NCBI GenBank assembly: GCA_020249045.1
Contig: JADCGK010000058.1
Span: forward strand, 133 to 64,132
Length of the DNA: 64,000 bases
Direction of reading: 5' to 3'
DNA from: Azospirillum sp.
GTDB lineage: Bacteria > Pseudomonadota > Alphaproteobacteria > CACIAM-22H2
Shown: one piece after another, positions 22,804 through 35,613 of the stretch
Layout of the letters: each line of letters opens with the position of its first letter
Position numbering within the stretch: position 1 is the first letter of the stretch
The notes under the pieces: model-generated
Database searches by the model: none
The model's input: only the letters and a program-made list of their open reading frames with translations
Told to the model about the DNA's origin: nothing
Made by a program: the position numbers and the translations under genes

Positions 22804-23703
22804 ATGCGGATCAATGCCGAACTCCTCGATTTTCGCGCCTTCCTTGCCGTGCTGTCGTGCGGTTCGTTCCACAAGGCGGCGCGAGAGCTCAACATCTCGC
22901 AACCCGCGCTGTCGCGCAGGATCAAGGGTCTCGAGCGCACTCTCGGCAAGACACTGATCGAACGCTCGACCCGGCACGTCGCGCCGACCGCCGTGGGCCG
23001 GCAGTTACGGCCGCTGGTCGCGCGCTTGCTCGACGAGTTCGAGGAATCGGTCCTGTCGATCGGCGGATTGGGCGGCCGTCTCGCGGGCCAGGTCACCATC
23101 GCTTCGGTGCCGACGGCCGCCTTCTACTTTTTGCCGCGCGTCATACGCGCCTTCAACCGGCTCTATCCGGGGATCCGCTTCCGCATTCTCGACCTATCGG
23201 CGAACGAGGGGTTGGACGCCGTCGCGCGCGGCGAGGTCGAGTTCGGGATCAATCTGACCGGCGCCACGCGGCCCGATCTGCGTTTCACGCCGCTGCTGGA
23301 GGACGAGTTCGTCCTCGCCTGCCGTCGCGACCATCCGCTGGCGTCGGCGCGCGAACTGCGCTGGCGCGATCTGGCGGGCTATCCGTTGATCGGCGTCAGC
23401 CAGTCGAGCGGCAACCGCGCCGTTCTCGATCAGGCGCTGAGCCGCACCAAGGTCCAGCTCGATTGGTTCTACGAGGTCAACCACCTCTCGACCTCGCTGG
23501 GGCTCGTCGAGGCGGGCCTGGCGATCTCGGTCCTGCCGAAGCTCGCCACGCCGCAGACCAAGCATCCGGTGATCGCCACCGTGCGCCTCAAAAATCCCGT
23601 GGTCAGCCGGACGATCGGCCTGGTCGAGCGTCACGGCGCGCGGCTGACGCCCGCGGCCGAACGCTTCCGTCAGCTCCTGATCGACGAGTGGAATGCGAGC
23701 TGA
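22804..23703 (+). CDS. LysR-family regulator divergent from the PrpF-TTT operon
   Basis: HTH GSFHKAARELNISQPALSRRIKGLE, ERSTRHV; LysR substrate domain. Confidence 0.93.
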   Translation: MRINAELLDFRAFLAVLSCGSFHKAARELNISQPALSRRIKGLERTLGKTLIERSTRHVAPTAVGRQLRPLVARLLDEFEESVLSIGGLGGRLAGQVTIASVPTAAFYFLPRVIRAFNRLYPGIRFRILDLSANEGLDAVARGEVEFGINLTGATRPDLRFTPLLEDEFVLACRRDHPLASARELRWRDLAGYPLIGVSQSSGNRAVLDQALSRTKVQLDWFYEVNHLSTSLGLVEAGLAISVLPKLATPQTKHPVIATVRLKNPVVSRTIGLVERHGARLTPAAERFRQLLIDEWNAS

Positions 23704-26700
23704 TCAGCTCGCCGCAGCCGGACGCGCCTGCGGCACCAGACGTTGGCGATAGCCCTGCATGAACGATTCGAACGGCGCGAGCGAGGAGACGCGCGCGGCG
23801 ATCGAGGCGATGTCGGGCGTCGCACCGGCTCGATCGGCGGTCAACACGCGGAACACCTCGGCGTAGGGCGAACGGCCCATGGCGGGCCCGAAGCGCTCGC
23901 GCAAGCGCGCGGTCCCCGCCTCGTCCCCGGCCAGCGCCAACGCGACGGCCAGATGCAGGGCCTGGCGCGCGCGGTTGTCCTGCATCTGCGCCGTGCCGGC
24001 CGGCGGTTCGCCGATCAACCGTTCGAGCGCGCGCGCGGCTTCGGCCCATGCGCGGGTGCGTTGGGCGATTTCGGTGCGCAATAGATCGGCGTCGGGCGCG
24101 GTGTCGCCTTCCATGCGCGCGAGCGCTTCGGTCGGCCGTCCCAGATCGGCGAGCGCGCGCGCGGCCAAGCGGTTGCGTTCGCGCTGAAGCTCGATCGACG
24201 TCGCCGGCTCGGAGGCCCGCAGCGCGTCGAGCGCCAATTGGGGCTTGCGGTCGAGCAGACGGATCGCGGCGAGACGGGCACCGACTTGCGCGCGGGTTTC
24301 GCCCGCCACGCGATTGCGCATTTGGTGGTCCAGCAACTCGCCCGCCCGGTCGAGCAGATCGACCCCGATCAGACGCTCGGCGAGTTTGCGGACCATCTCA
24401 TCGCCTTCGGGGCCGGACGGCACGAGATCGCGGTAATCCTCGAACAGGCCGATGGCCGCGACGGGCGAAAGCTTGTCAGCACCGCCTTCGAGGAACAATT
24501 TGCGGAACTCGGCGGCCACGTCCTGGGCAAGCTGCCCGCGGTCGCGCGCGTCGGGGAAGCGCTGGGCGGCGTCGCGCAAGGTGGCCGTGCCGGCGCGGAA
24601 CTCGCCGGCCGCGAGTTGCGCGCGACCCAGGCGGCGCTGGATGTCGAACTCGAGCTCGTCCCCGCGCCAGGCGAAGCGCAAGCGTTCGAGGGCCGCAACC
24701 GTTTCCTGGGGCGTCGCGTCGCCCTTCTCGGCCTGGACTTGGATGCGCGCCAGTTCCGCCTGAACGCGCGCCTTGGTGACGGTGCCGAAGTCGAGCGCGC
24801 GCCATGCGGCCAGCGCCGCGCGGCTGTCGCCGCGCTCGAGGGCGATGCGCCCCTTGAGGTAATCCGCGCGCGCGCGATCGCCGCTGGCGGGCTGGTTCTG
24901 CGCCACGCGGTCGAGCCGGCGTTCGGCCTGATCGTACTCGCCCGCCGCAATTCGCGCTTCGACCATCGCAAGGCCGATCTTGTTGGCGAAGAAACGCGGG
25001 AAACGTTCGGAGACGTCGGCCGCCCGGTCGAACTGCATGATCGCGGCTTGCGGGTCGTTCTGGGCGATGGCGAGCGTGCCGCGCCACAGCGCTGCCTCCG
25101 CTTCGCTGTCGAGGCTCGAATGATTCAGCCAGCGCGCGGCCTCGTCGAGGTTGCCCGCGAACATCTCGCCCACGCCGCGCATCAGGCGGTTCTGCGGCCC
25201 GTCGAGCAACTGCGGACGTTCCTCGCCGATCAGGCGCAGGATCGAGTTCGCTTCCTGGAACAACGCATTGGCGAACAGGAAACGCGCGAGTTCCAGACGC
25301 GCGGCGTTGCGCGGATCGCCCTCGCGCGAATTCGCGACCGCGCGTTGAAGCTGGGCGCGGTCCTCGTTGAACTTACCCGGTTGGCGGCCCCACGCGGCGT
25401 AATCGAGCAGCGCGGCATTGCGCAATTGCGCGGCCCCCGGCATGCCGGGGGCGGTCGGCGCGGTGACGAACAAGCCGCGCGTCGAAGCGACCTCCACGCC
25501 CGTGCCGAGCGGCCGGACCGAAACCGAATCGTCCTCGGGCCGCACCACCGCACCTTGCGCGCTGGCCAGAATCTGGAATTGGGCGAAGCGGCGCATTTGC
25601 GCGAGCCCCACGCCGGCCACCGCCGTGGGCACGATGGCGAGTTCGTCGCCGATCTCCGGATCGCGCAGGCGCAGCACGTTGGCAGCCCCCGGCAACTCGA
25701 TCGCCACGCGCGCGTCGGCCGGCTGATCGGGGTTGCGGATGACGATACCGAGCGGGGTTTCGGGCCGGCGCGGCAAACGGCCGAGTTCGACCACCCACGC
25801 CGTGCCGTCGCGGCGCACCAGCGCGTTGGCTCCGCCGCGCGGGGACATGCGCAAGACCGTGCCTTCGCTGTCGAGCTGTTCGACCTCGCCCACCAGATCG
25901 CGCATCTCCGCATCGACGCGCAGCGGCGAAAGGTCGATGCCCACGCGCCGGTCGAAGGCGATCCACAAATTCTGCCCGCGACCGAACACGGCTGCCCCTA
26001 CGGGCTCGCCGAAGCCGAAGCGCAGGACGCTGAAATTCTCCTCGCGCTGGACTTCGACGGCCACGCGGCCGAGCAGCGCGCCCGGCGGCACCGCCGGCTG
26101 GGACAGGCCGAGCGCTTGCGCCTGCTGGGCCAGCGTCTGGAAGTCGGGGGTCGCGGGGCGCCCGCCGGCGGAAATGGGCGCGCCGGCTTGAACCGGCGAT
26201 TGCGGCGGCGACGCACTCGCCGGCGCGGCTTGCCCGGGCTGGGGCAACTGCACCTGCTGAGTCGTCGGCTGGTCGGTGCCGATCGACCCGTCGCGCACGA
26301 AATCGAGCACGACGCGCGGCCCCGCGCGCAGATGGCGCAGACCGACATTCTCGTTCAGCGTCAGGTTCAGCGTGGTGCGCTCGCCTTCGCGGGTCGCGCG
26401 CGCGGCCGAAACCGAGGCACGCAACGCCTGCTGCAGACGCGTCGCATCGATTCCGACGGGCGACCCGAACACGATCGTCGCCGCCCGGCCTTGCTGATCG
26501 ACGCGATAATCGACGTCTTCCGGCCAATCGACGACGGCGCGGTCGAAGCCGTCCTGCTGGCTGAATCGGATATTGAGCGCGCGCGTGGGCGCGGATGCGG
26601 TGGCGCCTTGCGCTTGGGCTGGCGCGGCGGGCCCAGTGGTGGGCGTGCCTGCGGCCGGCGGCGGCGCCACTTGGGCGGCGGGCGGCGTTGCGGGCGTCAG

Positions 26701-26952
26701 CGGTGTGGCCGGCGCATTCGCCCACGGCGGCGCCGTTCCGGACACGCTCGGACTTTGGGCCGGCAGTTGGGCGGGGATAGCGGGCGCGTTCGGCGCCGGG
26801 GCCAGCTCCGGCGAGGGTTGGCCGGCGGGCGGCGTGGCTGGGAACGCGCGCCAAGGCGGCGTTTGGGCATGCGCGCCAAACGCCAGCAATCCCGCCAAAC
26901 CGATCGTCGGCAGGGTCGCCCGCAGCACCCGATTCATCTTGCCAATCGCCAT
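23704..26952 (-). CDS. Large exported protein: Pro-rich linker, beta domains and TPR solenoid (probably flagellar-motor associated)
   Basis: Signal peptide ...LLAFGAHA|Q, beta-rich segments (DGFDRAVVDWP), many TPR-like helices (LAERLIGVDLLDRAGELL). Same strand as the fliM-motE-cheYZ cluster. Start may be 26937. Confidence 0.75.
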   Translation of the reverse strand: MAIGKMNRVLRATLPTIGLAGLLAFGAHAQTPPWRAFPATPPAGQPSPELAPAPNAPAIPAQLPAQSPSVSGTAPPWANAPATPLTPATPPAAQVAPPPAAGTPTTGPAAPAQAQGATASAPTRALNIRFSQQDGFDRAVVDWPEDVDYRVDQQGRAATIVFGSPVGIDATRLQQALRASVSAARATREGERTTLNLTLNENVGLRHLRAGPRVVLDFVRDGSIGTDQPTTQQVQLPQPGQAAPASASPPQSPVQAGAPISAGGRPATPDFQTLAQQAQALGLSQPAVPPGALLGRVAVEVQREENFSVLRFGFGEPVGAAVFGRGQNLWIAFDRRVGIDLSPLRVDAEMRDLVGEVEQLDSEGTVLRMSPRGGANALVRRDGTAWVVELGRLPRRPETPLGIVIRNPDQPADARVAIELPGAANVLRLRDPEIGDELAIVPTAVAGVGLAQMRRFAQFQILASAQGAVVRPEDDSVSVRPLGTGVEVASTRGLFVTAPTAPGMPGAAQLRNAALLDYAAWGRQPGKFNEDRAQLQRAVANSREGDPRNAARLELARFLFANALFQEANSILRLIGEERPQLLDGPQNRLMRGVGEMFAGNLDEAARWLNHSSLDSEAEAALWRGTLAIAQNDPQAAIMQFDRAADVSERFPRFFANKIGLAMVEARIAAGEYDQAERRLDRVAQNQPASGDRARADYLKGRIALERGDSRAALAAWRALDFGTVTKARVQAELARIQVQAEKGDATPQETVAALERLRFAWRGDELEFDIQRRLGRAQLAAGEFRAGTATLRDAAQRFPDARDRGQLAQDVAAEFRKLFLEGGADKLSPVAAIGLFEDYRDLVPSGPEGDEMVRKLAERLIGVDLLDRAGELLDHQMRNRVAGETRAQVGARLAAIRLLDRKPQLALDALRASEPATSIELQRERNRLAARALADLGRPTEALARMEGDTAPDADLLRTEIAQRTRAWAEAARALERLIGEPPAGTAQMQDNRARQALHLAVALALAGDEAGTARLRERFGPAMGRSPYAEVFRVLTADRAGATPDIASIAARVSSLAPFESFMQGYRQRLVPQARPAAAS

Positions 26953-27130
26953 GCGTCTCGCCAGCCCGGTCGATCGCGACTCGAGCAATCGAGTGTACCT
27001 CAGGTTCGAGTCGCTGTCTCGTAAATATCTGAAAAACAACGCTTCAGGGAAGATACCCACAGCGTCCCGGACCGGTCCGCGGCCCTTGGCGTCGGCTTCA
27101 CGTTCGAGCTGGGGTAATGTTCCGCCACAG

Positions 27131-30276
<3,146 letters not shown>

Positions 30277-30280
<4 letters not shown>

Positions 30281-30843
30281 ACCCGCCGGCCGATCCGGCC
30301 CCGGAAATCGTCGAAGCGTTGATCGCGGGCGATTCCCGCCCGCTCGTGGCCGCGCTTGCGGCGATGGGCATGACCGCCCCCGAGATCCGCTGGGAGCCGA
30401 CGGCTGAAACCCTGGCCGAACCACGCCTGGGCGCCATGCTCGACTACTGGAACGCTTTGCGCGCGCGCGGATCGCTGCCGCGGCTGGGCGACGTCGATCC
30501 GTTGGGGTTGGGCGAGGCGATCGGCTATGCAATGCTTCTCGAAGCGCAACCGGACGGCGATTACAGATACATCCTCTACGGCAGCCGCATTGCCGAACGC
30601 GCGGGCTTCGATATGACCGGAAAACGCACGCGCGAGGTGATGCCCGCCAGCCCCGCGATCCCGTTTCTCTTCGCGGCGATCTATCGTGCGGCCGCCGCGC
30701 GGCGCGCGCCGGTCTTCAGCGTGCACTCGCCGCCGTCGAGCGTGCATGTGACCGAATGGCGGCGCCTGGTCCTTCCGCTTACGGGCGCCGCGGGGCGGAT
30801 CGATTTCCTCGTCGGCAACGTGCCCGGCGCGACGCGGCCGTAG
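30277..30843 (+). CDS. Stand-alone PAS_5 (DUF1457-like) domain protein
   Basis: LDYWNALR..GSLPR..DVDP, YRYILYGS...GFDMTGK, WRRLVLPL. ATGA coupling to the kinase. Confidence 0.78.
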
Positions 30844-30848
30844 CGGCC

Positions 30849-31496
30849 TCAGGACTTGTCGAACAATGCGTCGATCGCGGCTTGGTCGTGCGCCGCGTCG
30901 GGCATTTGCGGGCCGTTCAACAGATCCGCCTCTCCGCCTTTGGCTTTGCGCGGGGCCGAGACGATCGCGCTTGCCTGGGCGGGATCGAGCGCGATCCCGA
31001 ACGCCTCCATCAGGCCGGCGACGGTGCGATCGACGTCCTTGAGGACGTTGACGACCTTGGTGATGCGTTGGCCGGTGATGTCCTGGAAGTTGCAGGCTTC
31101 GTAGATGCGCGTCACGTCCACACGGACCGCGTCGCCCGCATCCGCCGGCATCGTTCCGGCGGTTTTCTCGATGCTCTCGACCGCATCGAGGATCGCATTG
31201 GTCGCCGATTCGGTCGCCGCGACGACCGCCGACAGCTCGTCGGTGGCGCCGGGCAAGTCGCGCAAGCGCATGTCGTTGGCTTGAAGCGCCGCAAGATCGC
31301 GCCGCGCGTCGGCCATGATCCGCGCGAGGTTGGCGATGCCATCGCGCAAACCCGAATCGGCCGAGGCGACGGTCACCTTCGAGCGCGGCTTCGAGGCGAC
31401 GACTTTCGCGACCGCTTTGCGCTTCGCGGCGGATTTCGCCTTGGCTTTCGGCGCGACTTTGGTCTTCGGCTTGGTTTTTTTCTTCGGTTTCGCCAT
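30849..31496 (-). CDS. cheZ: Alphaproteobacterial CheZ-family phosphatase with Lys/Ala-rich N-terminal tail
   Basis: ELSAVVAATESATNAILD, IYEACNFQDITGQRITKVV (DxxxQ), LLNGPQ, DQAAIDALF. Confidence 0.88.
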   Translation of the reverse strand: MAKPKKKTKPKTKVAPKAKAKSAAKRKAVAKVVASKPRSKVTVASADSGLRDGIANLARIMADARRDLAALQANDMRLRDLPGATDELSAVVAATESATNAILDAVESIEKTAGTMPADAGDAVRVDVTRIYEACNFQDITGQRITKVVNVLKDVDRTVAGLMEAFGIALDPAQASAIVSAPRKAKGGEADLLNGPQMPDAAHDQAAIDALFDKS

Positions 31497-31529
31497 GCGC
31501 CCGTCTCCCCTCCGACGCGTCGGCGGCCG

Positions 31530-31916
31530 TCAGAAATCGCCGAGAACGGTCGCGATTTTTCCCTTCAGAACGGCGGCGTTGAAGGGCTTGACGATGTAGT
31601 TGTTCACGCCGGCCTGTTTGGCGGCGATGACGTTCTCGGTCTTGGATTCGGCCGTGACCATGATGAACGGGATATGCTTGAGCTTCGCATCCGCGCGCAC
31701 CGCCTGGAGAAGCTGCAAACCGGTCATCGGCTGCATGTTCCAGTCCGAGATGATCAGCCCGTAATCCTTCTGCTGGACCTTGGCGAGCGCTTCCGAGCCG
31801 TCGGCGGCCTCGTCGACGTTCGAAAAACCGATCTGATTCAGAAGGTTCTTCACGATGCGCAACATCGTCTTGTAATCGTCGACGATCAGCACGTTCATTT
31901 TAAGATCGACGGCCAT
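31530..31916 (-). CDS. cheY: Chemotaxis response regulator CheY
   Basis: VLIVDD, ISDWNMQPMTG, MVTAE, YIVKPF; adjacent to cheZ. Confidence 0.93.
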   Translation of the reverse strand: MAVDLKMNVLIVDDYKTMLRIVKNLLNQIGFSNVDEAADGSEALAKVQQKDYGLIISDWNMQPMTGLQLLQAVRADAKLKHIPFIMVTAESKTENVIAAKQAGVNNYIVKPFNAAVLKGKIATVLGDF

Positions 31917-32028
31917 TGCTCTTGTCTCCCAAGGCGTCCCGGCGCGCGGGACCGTTCGAATTCGCGAAGCCCAGGCCCCAAGTTACAGCTTGGGGGCCCG
32001 GGCTTCGTCAACAAGTATATGGAAGGGC

Positions 32029-32043
32029 TTACGGGAAGATTAA
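32029..32043. promoter_or_regulatory. Putative CtrA box upstream of cheY-cheZ
   Basis: TTAC-gggaaga-TTAA, one mismatch to TTAA-N7-TTAA. Confidence 0.55.
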
Positions 32044-32054
32044 GACCCCGGCGT

Positions 32055-32747
32055 TTACCCCTGCCGGGGCGCCGGAATGCGGCTGGGCTGGGCCTCGGGC
32101 TGGCGGCGGCGCGCGAGTTCCGCCGTCACCTGCTGGGCGCGGACGGGGTTCATCAGGGCCAGAACCGGTGCGGCGCGCCGTTCGTTCATCGCCTCGACGA
32201 TTTCCAGCAAAACGGGCAGTTCCATCTGCTCGAAAATCCGCGCCGCTTCGGCCGGTTTCATGTTCTGGAAAAGGCGGACCAACGAGGCGCGCCGCGACTG
32301 CTCGCCTTCGTCGTAGCGCTTGATCGCGGTATCTATCTGCGCTTGGAGGGCTTTGAGTTCCTCCACTTGCTGCTGGATGCGCCGTTCGGCCGCCTGCAGG
32401 ATGGCTTCGCGTTGTTCGAGTTCGGTCTGACGCTTTTCGAGTTCCTCGCGACGCTTGACCAGATCCTGCAGAGTTTCGAGTTCGCCGGGGCTGAACGTCC
32501 GCTCTTCGGCGGGTTCCGCGGGCGTTTGGGCAGGTGCGGGGGCGGGCGCCGGGGCTTGAGCGAACTGGACGGGGCGCGGCGCGGGCGCGGGTGCGGCGGC
32601 TTGCGGCGCGCGCGCGGCGGGCGTTGATTGGTTTTGGGCGACGGCAACGCCCATTTCGCCGAGGCGCACGGCCAGCATCAAGAACGCGACCGCCACCAGG
32701 ATCGGCAGCAACCTTATCCGCTTCGTCCAATTCGACGCGGCGCTCAT
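32055..32747 (-). CDS. motE: MotE-family protein (MgtE N-like domain)
   Basis: IRLLPILV N-terminus, coiled coil, LVRLFQNMKPAEAARIFEQM...MNERRAAPVLALMNP. Confidence 0.85.
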   Translation of the reverse strand: MSAASNWTKRIRLLPILVAVAFLMLAVRLGEMGVAVAQNQSTPAARAPQAAAPAPAPRPVQFAQAPAPAPAPAQTPAEPAEERTFSPGELETLQDLVKRREELEKRQTELEQREAILQAAERRIQQQVEELKALQAQIDTAIKRYDEGEQSRRASLVRLFQNMKPAEAARIFEQMELPVLLEIVEAMNERRAAPVLALMNPVRAQQVTAELARRRQPEAQPSRIPAPRQG

Positions 32748-33316
32748 GCCCGGCCGCCCGCGCGCGCAACGCCCATGGCGGTGCCCAGCGCCGCAGCGCC
32801 GGCGAGTGCCACGGCCGCCCCACGGCGGCGCTCGGCGATGGCTTTGAGCAATTCCTGCTCGGCTTGCGAACGTTGGGTTTGGCGTTCCGTGCCCTCGCGT
32901 TCGGCGAACTTGATCGCGTCGCGCAGCAGGCGCTCCTCTTCGCCCGTGGGGGCCGCGGCTTCCGCGCGCGGCGCGCGGGCGGGTGCGGCGGACGCGGCCG
33001 CGTAACGCGCGCCTTCGGCGGCGCGGTCGGCGATGGGCGTGGCGCGCGCCACGATGTATTCGAGATCGTCCTTCAGGGCGACGGCCTTGCGCGTCTGGTC
33101 TTCGAGCAACCGGCCCGCGGCTTCGCCGGCGATCTTGAGGTCGGCGATCGCCGCCTCGGCACGGCGCGCGGCCTCGTTGAATTCCTTGATCGTGCGGTCG
33201 AGCTCGGCTTTGCCTTCGCGCCACGTACCCAGGCGCTTGTGCAGCCGCCAAGCGTAGAAGATGAATGCGACCAGCAGGGCCGCGAGAACGAGATTGAGCG
33301 CGAGTTCCATGCCCAT
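32744..33316 (-). CDS. DUF6468-like membrane-anchored coiled-coil protein downstream of fliM
   Basis: N-terminal TM, LHKRL...R, EFNEAARRAE, C-terminal RSQAEQELLKA; conserved position fliM-X-motE. Confidence 0.75.
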   Translation of the reverse strand: MGMELALNLVLAALLVAFIFYAWRLHKRLGTWREGKAELDRTIKEFNEAARRAEAAIADLKIAGEAAGRLLEDQTRKAVALKDDLEYIVARATPIADRAAEGARYAAASAAPARAPRAEAAAPTGEEERLLRDAIKFAEREGTERQTQRSQAEQELLKAIAERRRGAAVALAGAAALGTAMGVARAGGRA

Positions 33317-34389
33317 CACGTTTCCTCGTATTTGTTGATTTTCCGGTCGATCATGACCGCGACGTTCTGGCCGCGACGGCCCATACGCCCCTTGAACAGG
33401 CGTTCGGGACCGCACAGCACTTCGACTTCGCTGTCCGACGTGGCGTTCAGCATCAGGCGCGTGCCGACCTTGAAGTCGAGCACGTCCTGCAGCGTCATCA
33501 CCTGATCGTCGAGCACGGCGTGGATGTCCACTTCGGTCGACCACAATTCGGTCGCGAGGTGGCCTTCCCAAATCGAGTCTCGGCCGAACTTCTCGCCCAT
33601 GAACTGCTGCAGCAGTATCTCGCGGACGGGTTCGAGCGTCGCGTAGGGCAGCAGCAACTCCAGGCGCCCGCCGCGATCCTCCATGTCGATGCGCAGCTTG
33701 GCGATGATCGCGGCGTTGGCGGGGCGCGCGATGGTCGCGAAGCGCGGGTTCGTCTCCAGGCGCTCGAAGCGGAAATTGACCTTGCTGATCGGATCGAACG
33801 ACGCCGAAAGATCGCCGAGCACGACCGCGACCAGGCGTTCGACGAGGTTGCGTTCGATGGTCGTGTAGGGCCGGCCTTCGATGCGCATCGCGGCCGTGCC
33901 GCGCCGGCCGCCGAGCAGCACGTCGACGATCGAATAGATCAGCGCGGAGTCGACCGTCAGCAGGCCGAAATTGTCCCACTGCTCGGCCTTGAAGACCGCG
34001 AGCATCGCGGGCAGCGGGATCGAGTTGACGTAGTCGCCGAAGCGGGTCGACGTGATGACGTCGAGCGAGACTTCGACGTTGTCCGAGGTGAAGTTGCGCA
34101 AGCTCGTGGTCAGCATTCGGACCAGACGGTCGAACACGATTTCGAGCATCGGCAGGCGTTCGTAGGACACGAGCGCGCTGTTGATGATCGCCTGCATGCC
34201 CGAGGTGCCGTCGCCCCCGGCGCCGCCCGCATCGAACCCGAGCAGCGAGTCGATTTCGTCCTGGTTGAGGACCCTCGCGGTCGCGTCGCCGCCACCGCCG
34301 CCGCCGCCCGCGTCGCCGCCGCCCGAGTCCATGGCCGCCCATTCGGCGGCCATCTTTTCTTCTTCGGACATGTTGTTCGGATCGGACAT
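33316..34389 (-). CDS. fliM: Flagellar motor switch protein FliM
   Basis: RVLNQDEIDSLLG, YERLPMLEIVFDRL, DVLLGG, RLETNPRF, PYATLEP. Confidence 0.97.
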   Translation of the reverse strand: MSDPNNMSEEEKMAAEWAAMDSGGGDAGGGGGGGDATARVLNQDEIDSLLGFDAGGAGGDGTSGMQAIINSALVSYERLPMLEIVFDRLVRMLTTSLRNFTSDNVEVSLDVITSTRFGDYVNSIPLPAMLAVFKAEQWDNFGLLTVDSALIYSIVDVLLGGRRGTAAMRIEGRPYTTIERNLVERLVAVVLGDLSASFDPISKVNFRFERLETNPRFATIARPANAAIIAKLRIDMEDRGGRLELLLPYATLEPVREILLQQFMGEKFGRDSIWEGHLATELWSTEVDIHAVLDDQVMTLQDVLDFKVGTRLMLNATSDSEVEVLCGPERLFKGRMGRRGQNVAVMIDRKINKYEET

Positions 34390-34399
34390 GACGGGGCCT

Positions 34400-34942
34400 C
34401 TATTGGACCAGCATTTCGCGGAAAAGGATGTCGTTGACGCGTGCGGGCTGCGCGGCGAGTTGCACGCGCGTCAACAACTCCTCGCGGAGTTTGAGGAAGC
34501 CGGACGAGCCGCGCAGATCCTCGGGACGCAATTCGCGCAGATAGACCTGGAAGTTGTCGACGATGCGCGGCAGGTTCGCCTCGAAGGCGTTGGCGTCGTC
34601 GATCGAACGCAACTCGACCGACAAAGTCAGCTTGAGGAACGAGGTCCGACGCCCCGCGCCCGCGTTCAGGTTCACGAGCAGATCGGGCATGTTGAAGTAG
34701 ACCGACTTGACCGGACCTTGGGGCTCGGCGGGCTTGGGCGGGCCATCCTCGGCGTGCTGTTCGGGCGGCGGTCCGCCCGCGAAAAACAGGAAATAAACCC
34801 CCGCCCCGATCCCCAGCAAAAGAACGAGCGCGCCCGCGCCGGCGATGATCAACATCTTGCCGGACAAAAACTTCTTTTTCGGCTGCTCGCCGCCTTCGGG
34901 AGTCTCGCCCTCGGCGCCTTCTTTGGGTGGATCGTCGGCCAT
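34400..34942 (-). CDS. fliL: Flagellar basal-body protein FliL (copy next to fliM)
   Basis: KKK plus TM, PDLLVNL, FLKL, PRIVDNFQVYLRELRPEDLRGS.G, LFREMLVQ. Confidence 0.93.
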   Translation of the reverse strand: MADDPPKEGAEGETPEGGEQPKKKFLSGKMLIIAGAGALVLLLGIGAGVYFLFFAGGPPPEQHAEDGPPKPAEPQGPVKSVYFNMPDLLVNLNAGAGRRTSFLKLTLSVELRSIDDANAFEANLPRIVDNFQVYLRELRPEDLRGSSGFLKLREELLTRVQLAAQPARVNDILFREMLVQ

Positions 34943-34988
34943 CGCGCGTCCGCTTCGAACCTCAAAGCCCAAGACGAATCTTAGGCAG

Positions 34989-35073
34989 ATTTATCTAAAG
35001 TCCCACATAACCTTGCCAAAAGGTGGTTAACAACCCGTTATCGGCCGCAAGAAAGAAGTTAAAGAACCGTTTA
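34989..35073 (-). promoter_or_regulatory. fliL-fliM promoter region with two CtrA-like boxes and a TTTAGATAAAT motif
   Basis: Minus strand ATAA-N7-TTAAC (35026-35041) and TAAA-N7-TTAAC (35058-35073); ATTTATCTAAA at 34989-34999. Confidence 0.7.
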
Positions 35074-35090
35074 CAAGCCTTTGAGATTCG

Positions 35091-35597
35091 TCACTGAACC
35101 AACATCTCGCGGAACAGTACATCGGTCACGCGGGCGGGGCGTGCGGCGGCCTGTACGCGCACCAGCATCTCCTCCCGCAGCCGCATCAACCCGACCGAGC
35201 CGCGCAAATCTTCCGGCCGCAATTCCCGAAGATAGGTCACGAAAGTGTCGATGATCCTTGGCATCGCGTCTTCGAATTCGGGGATATCGGCCTCGACCAC
35301 CTCGATCGAGGCCGTCAGCTTGATGAAGTTGCCGCGCCCGCGCTGGGCGAGGCTCAAATTCACCAGCAAATCCGGCAGGTTATAAAGTGTCGTGGGCGGC
35401 GGAGGGGGCGGCGGGGCTTCGGCTTCCTCGTGCTTTTCCTCGCCACCCAAGAAGCCGAAAAACCATGCGGCACCGCCGCCGATCGCAAGCAGCACGATCG
35501 GCACCAGAATGATCAGCAACTTCTTGCCCGAAAATCGCTTTTTGCCGCCCTCGGCGCCATCGGCGGGGGCGGCGTCGGGTGCGGCCGCGTCGGTCAT
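35091..35597 (-). CDS. fliL: Second tandem FliL paralog
   Basis: KKRFSGKK plus TM, LPDLLVNL, PRIIDTFVTYLRELRPEDLRGS.G, LFREMLVQ. Confidence 0.92.
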   Translation of the reverse strand: MTDAAAPDAAPADGAEGGKKRFSGKKLLIILVPIVLLAIGGGAAWFFGFLGGEEKHEEAEAPPPPPPPTTLYNLPDLLVNLSLAQRGRGNFIKLTASIEVVEADIPEFEDAMPRIIDTFVTYLRELRPEDLRGSVGLMRLREEMLVRVQAAARPARVTDVLFREMLVQ

Positions 35598-35613
35598 CGC
35601 CTAACTCTACCAA

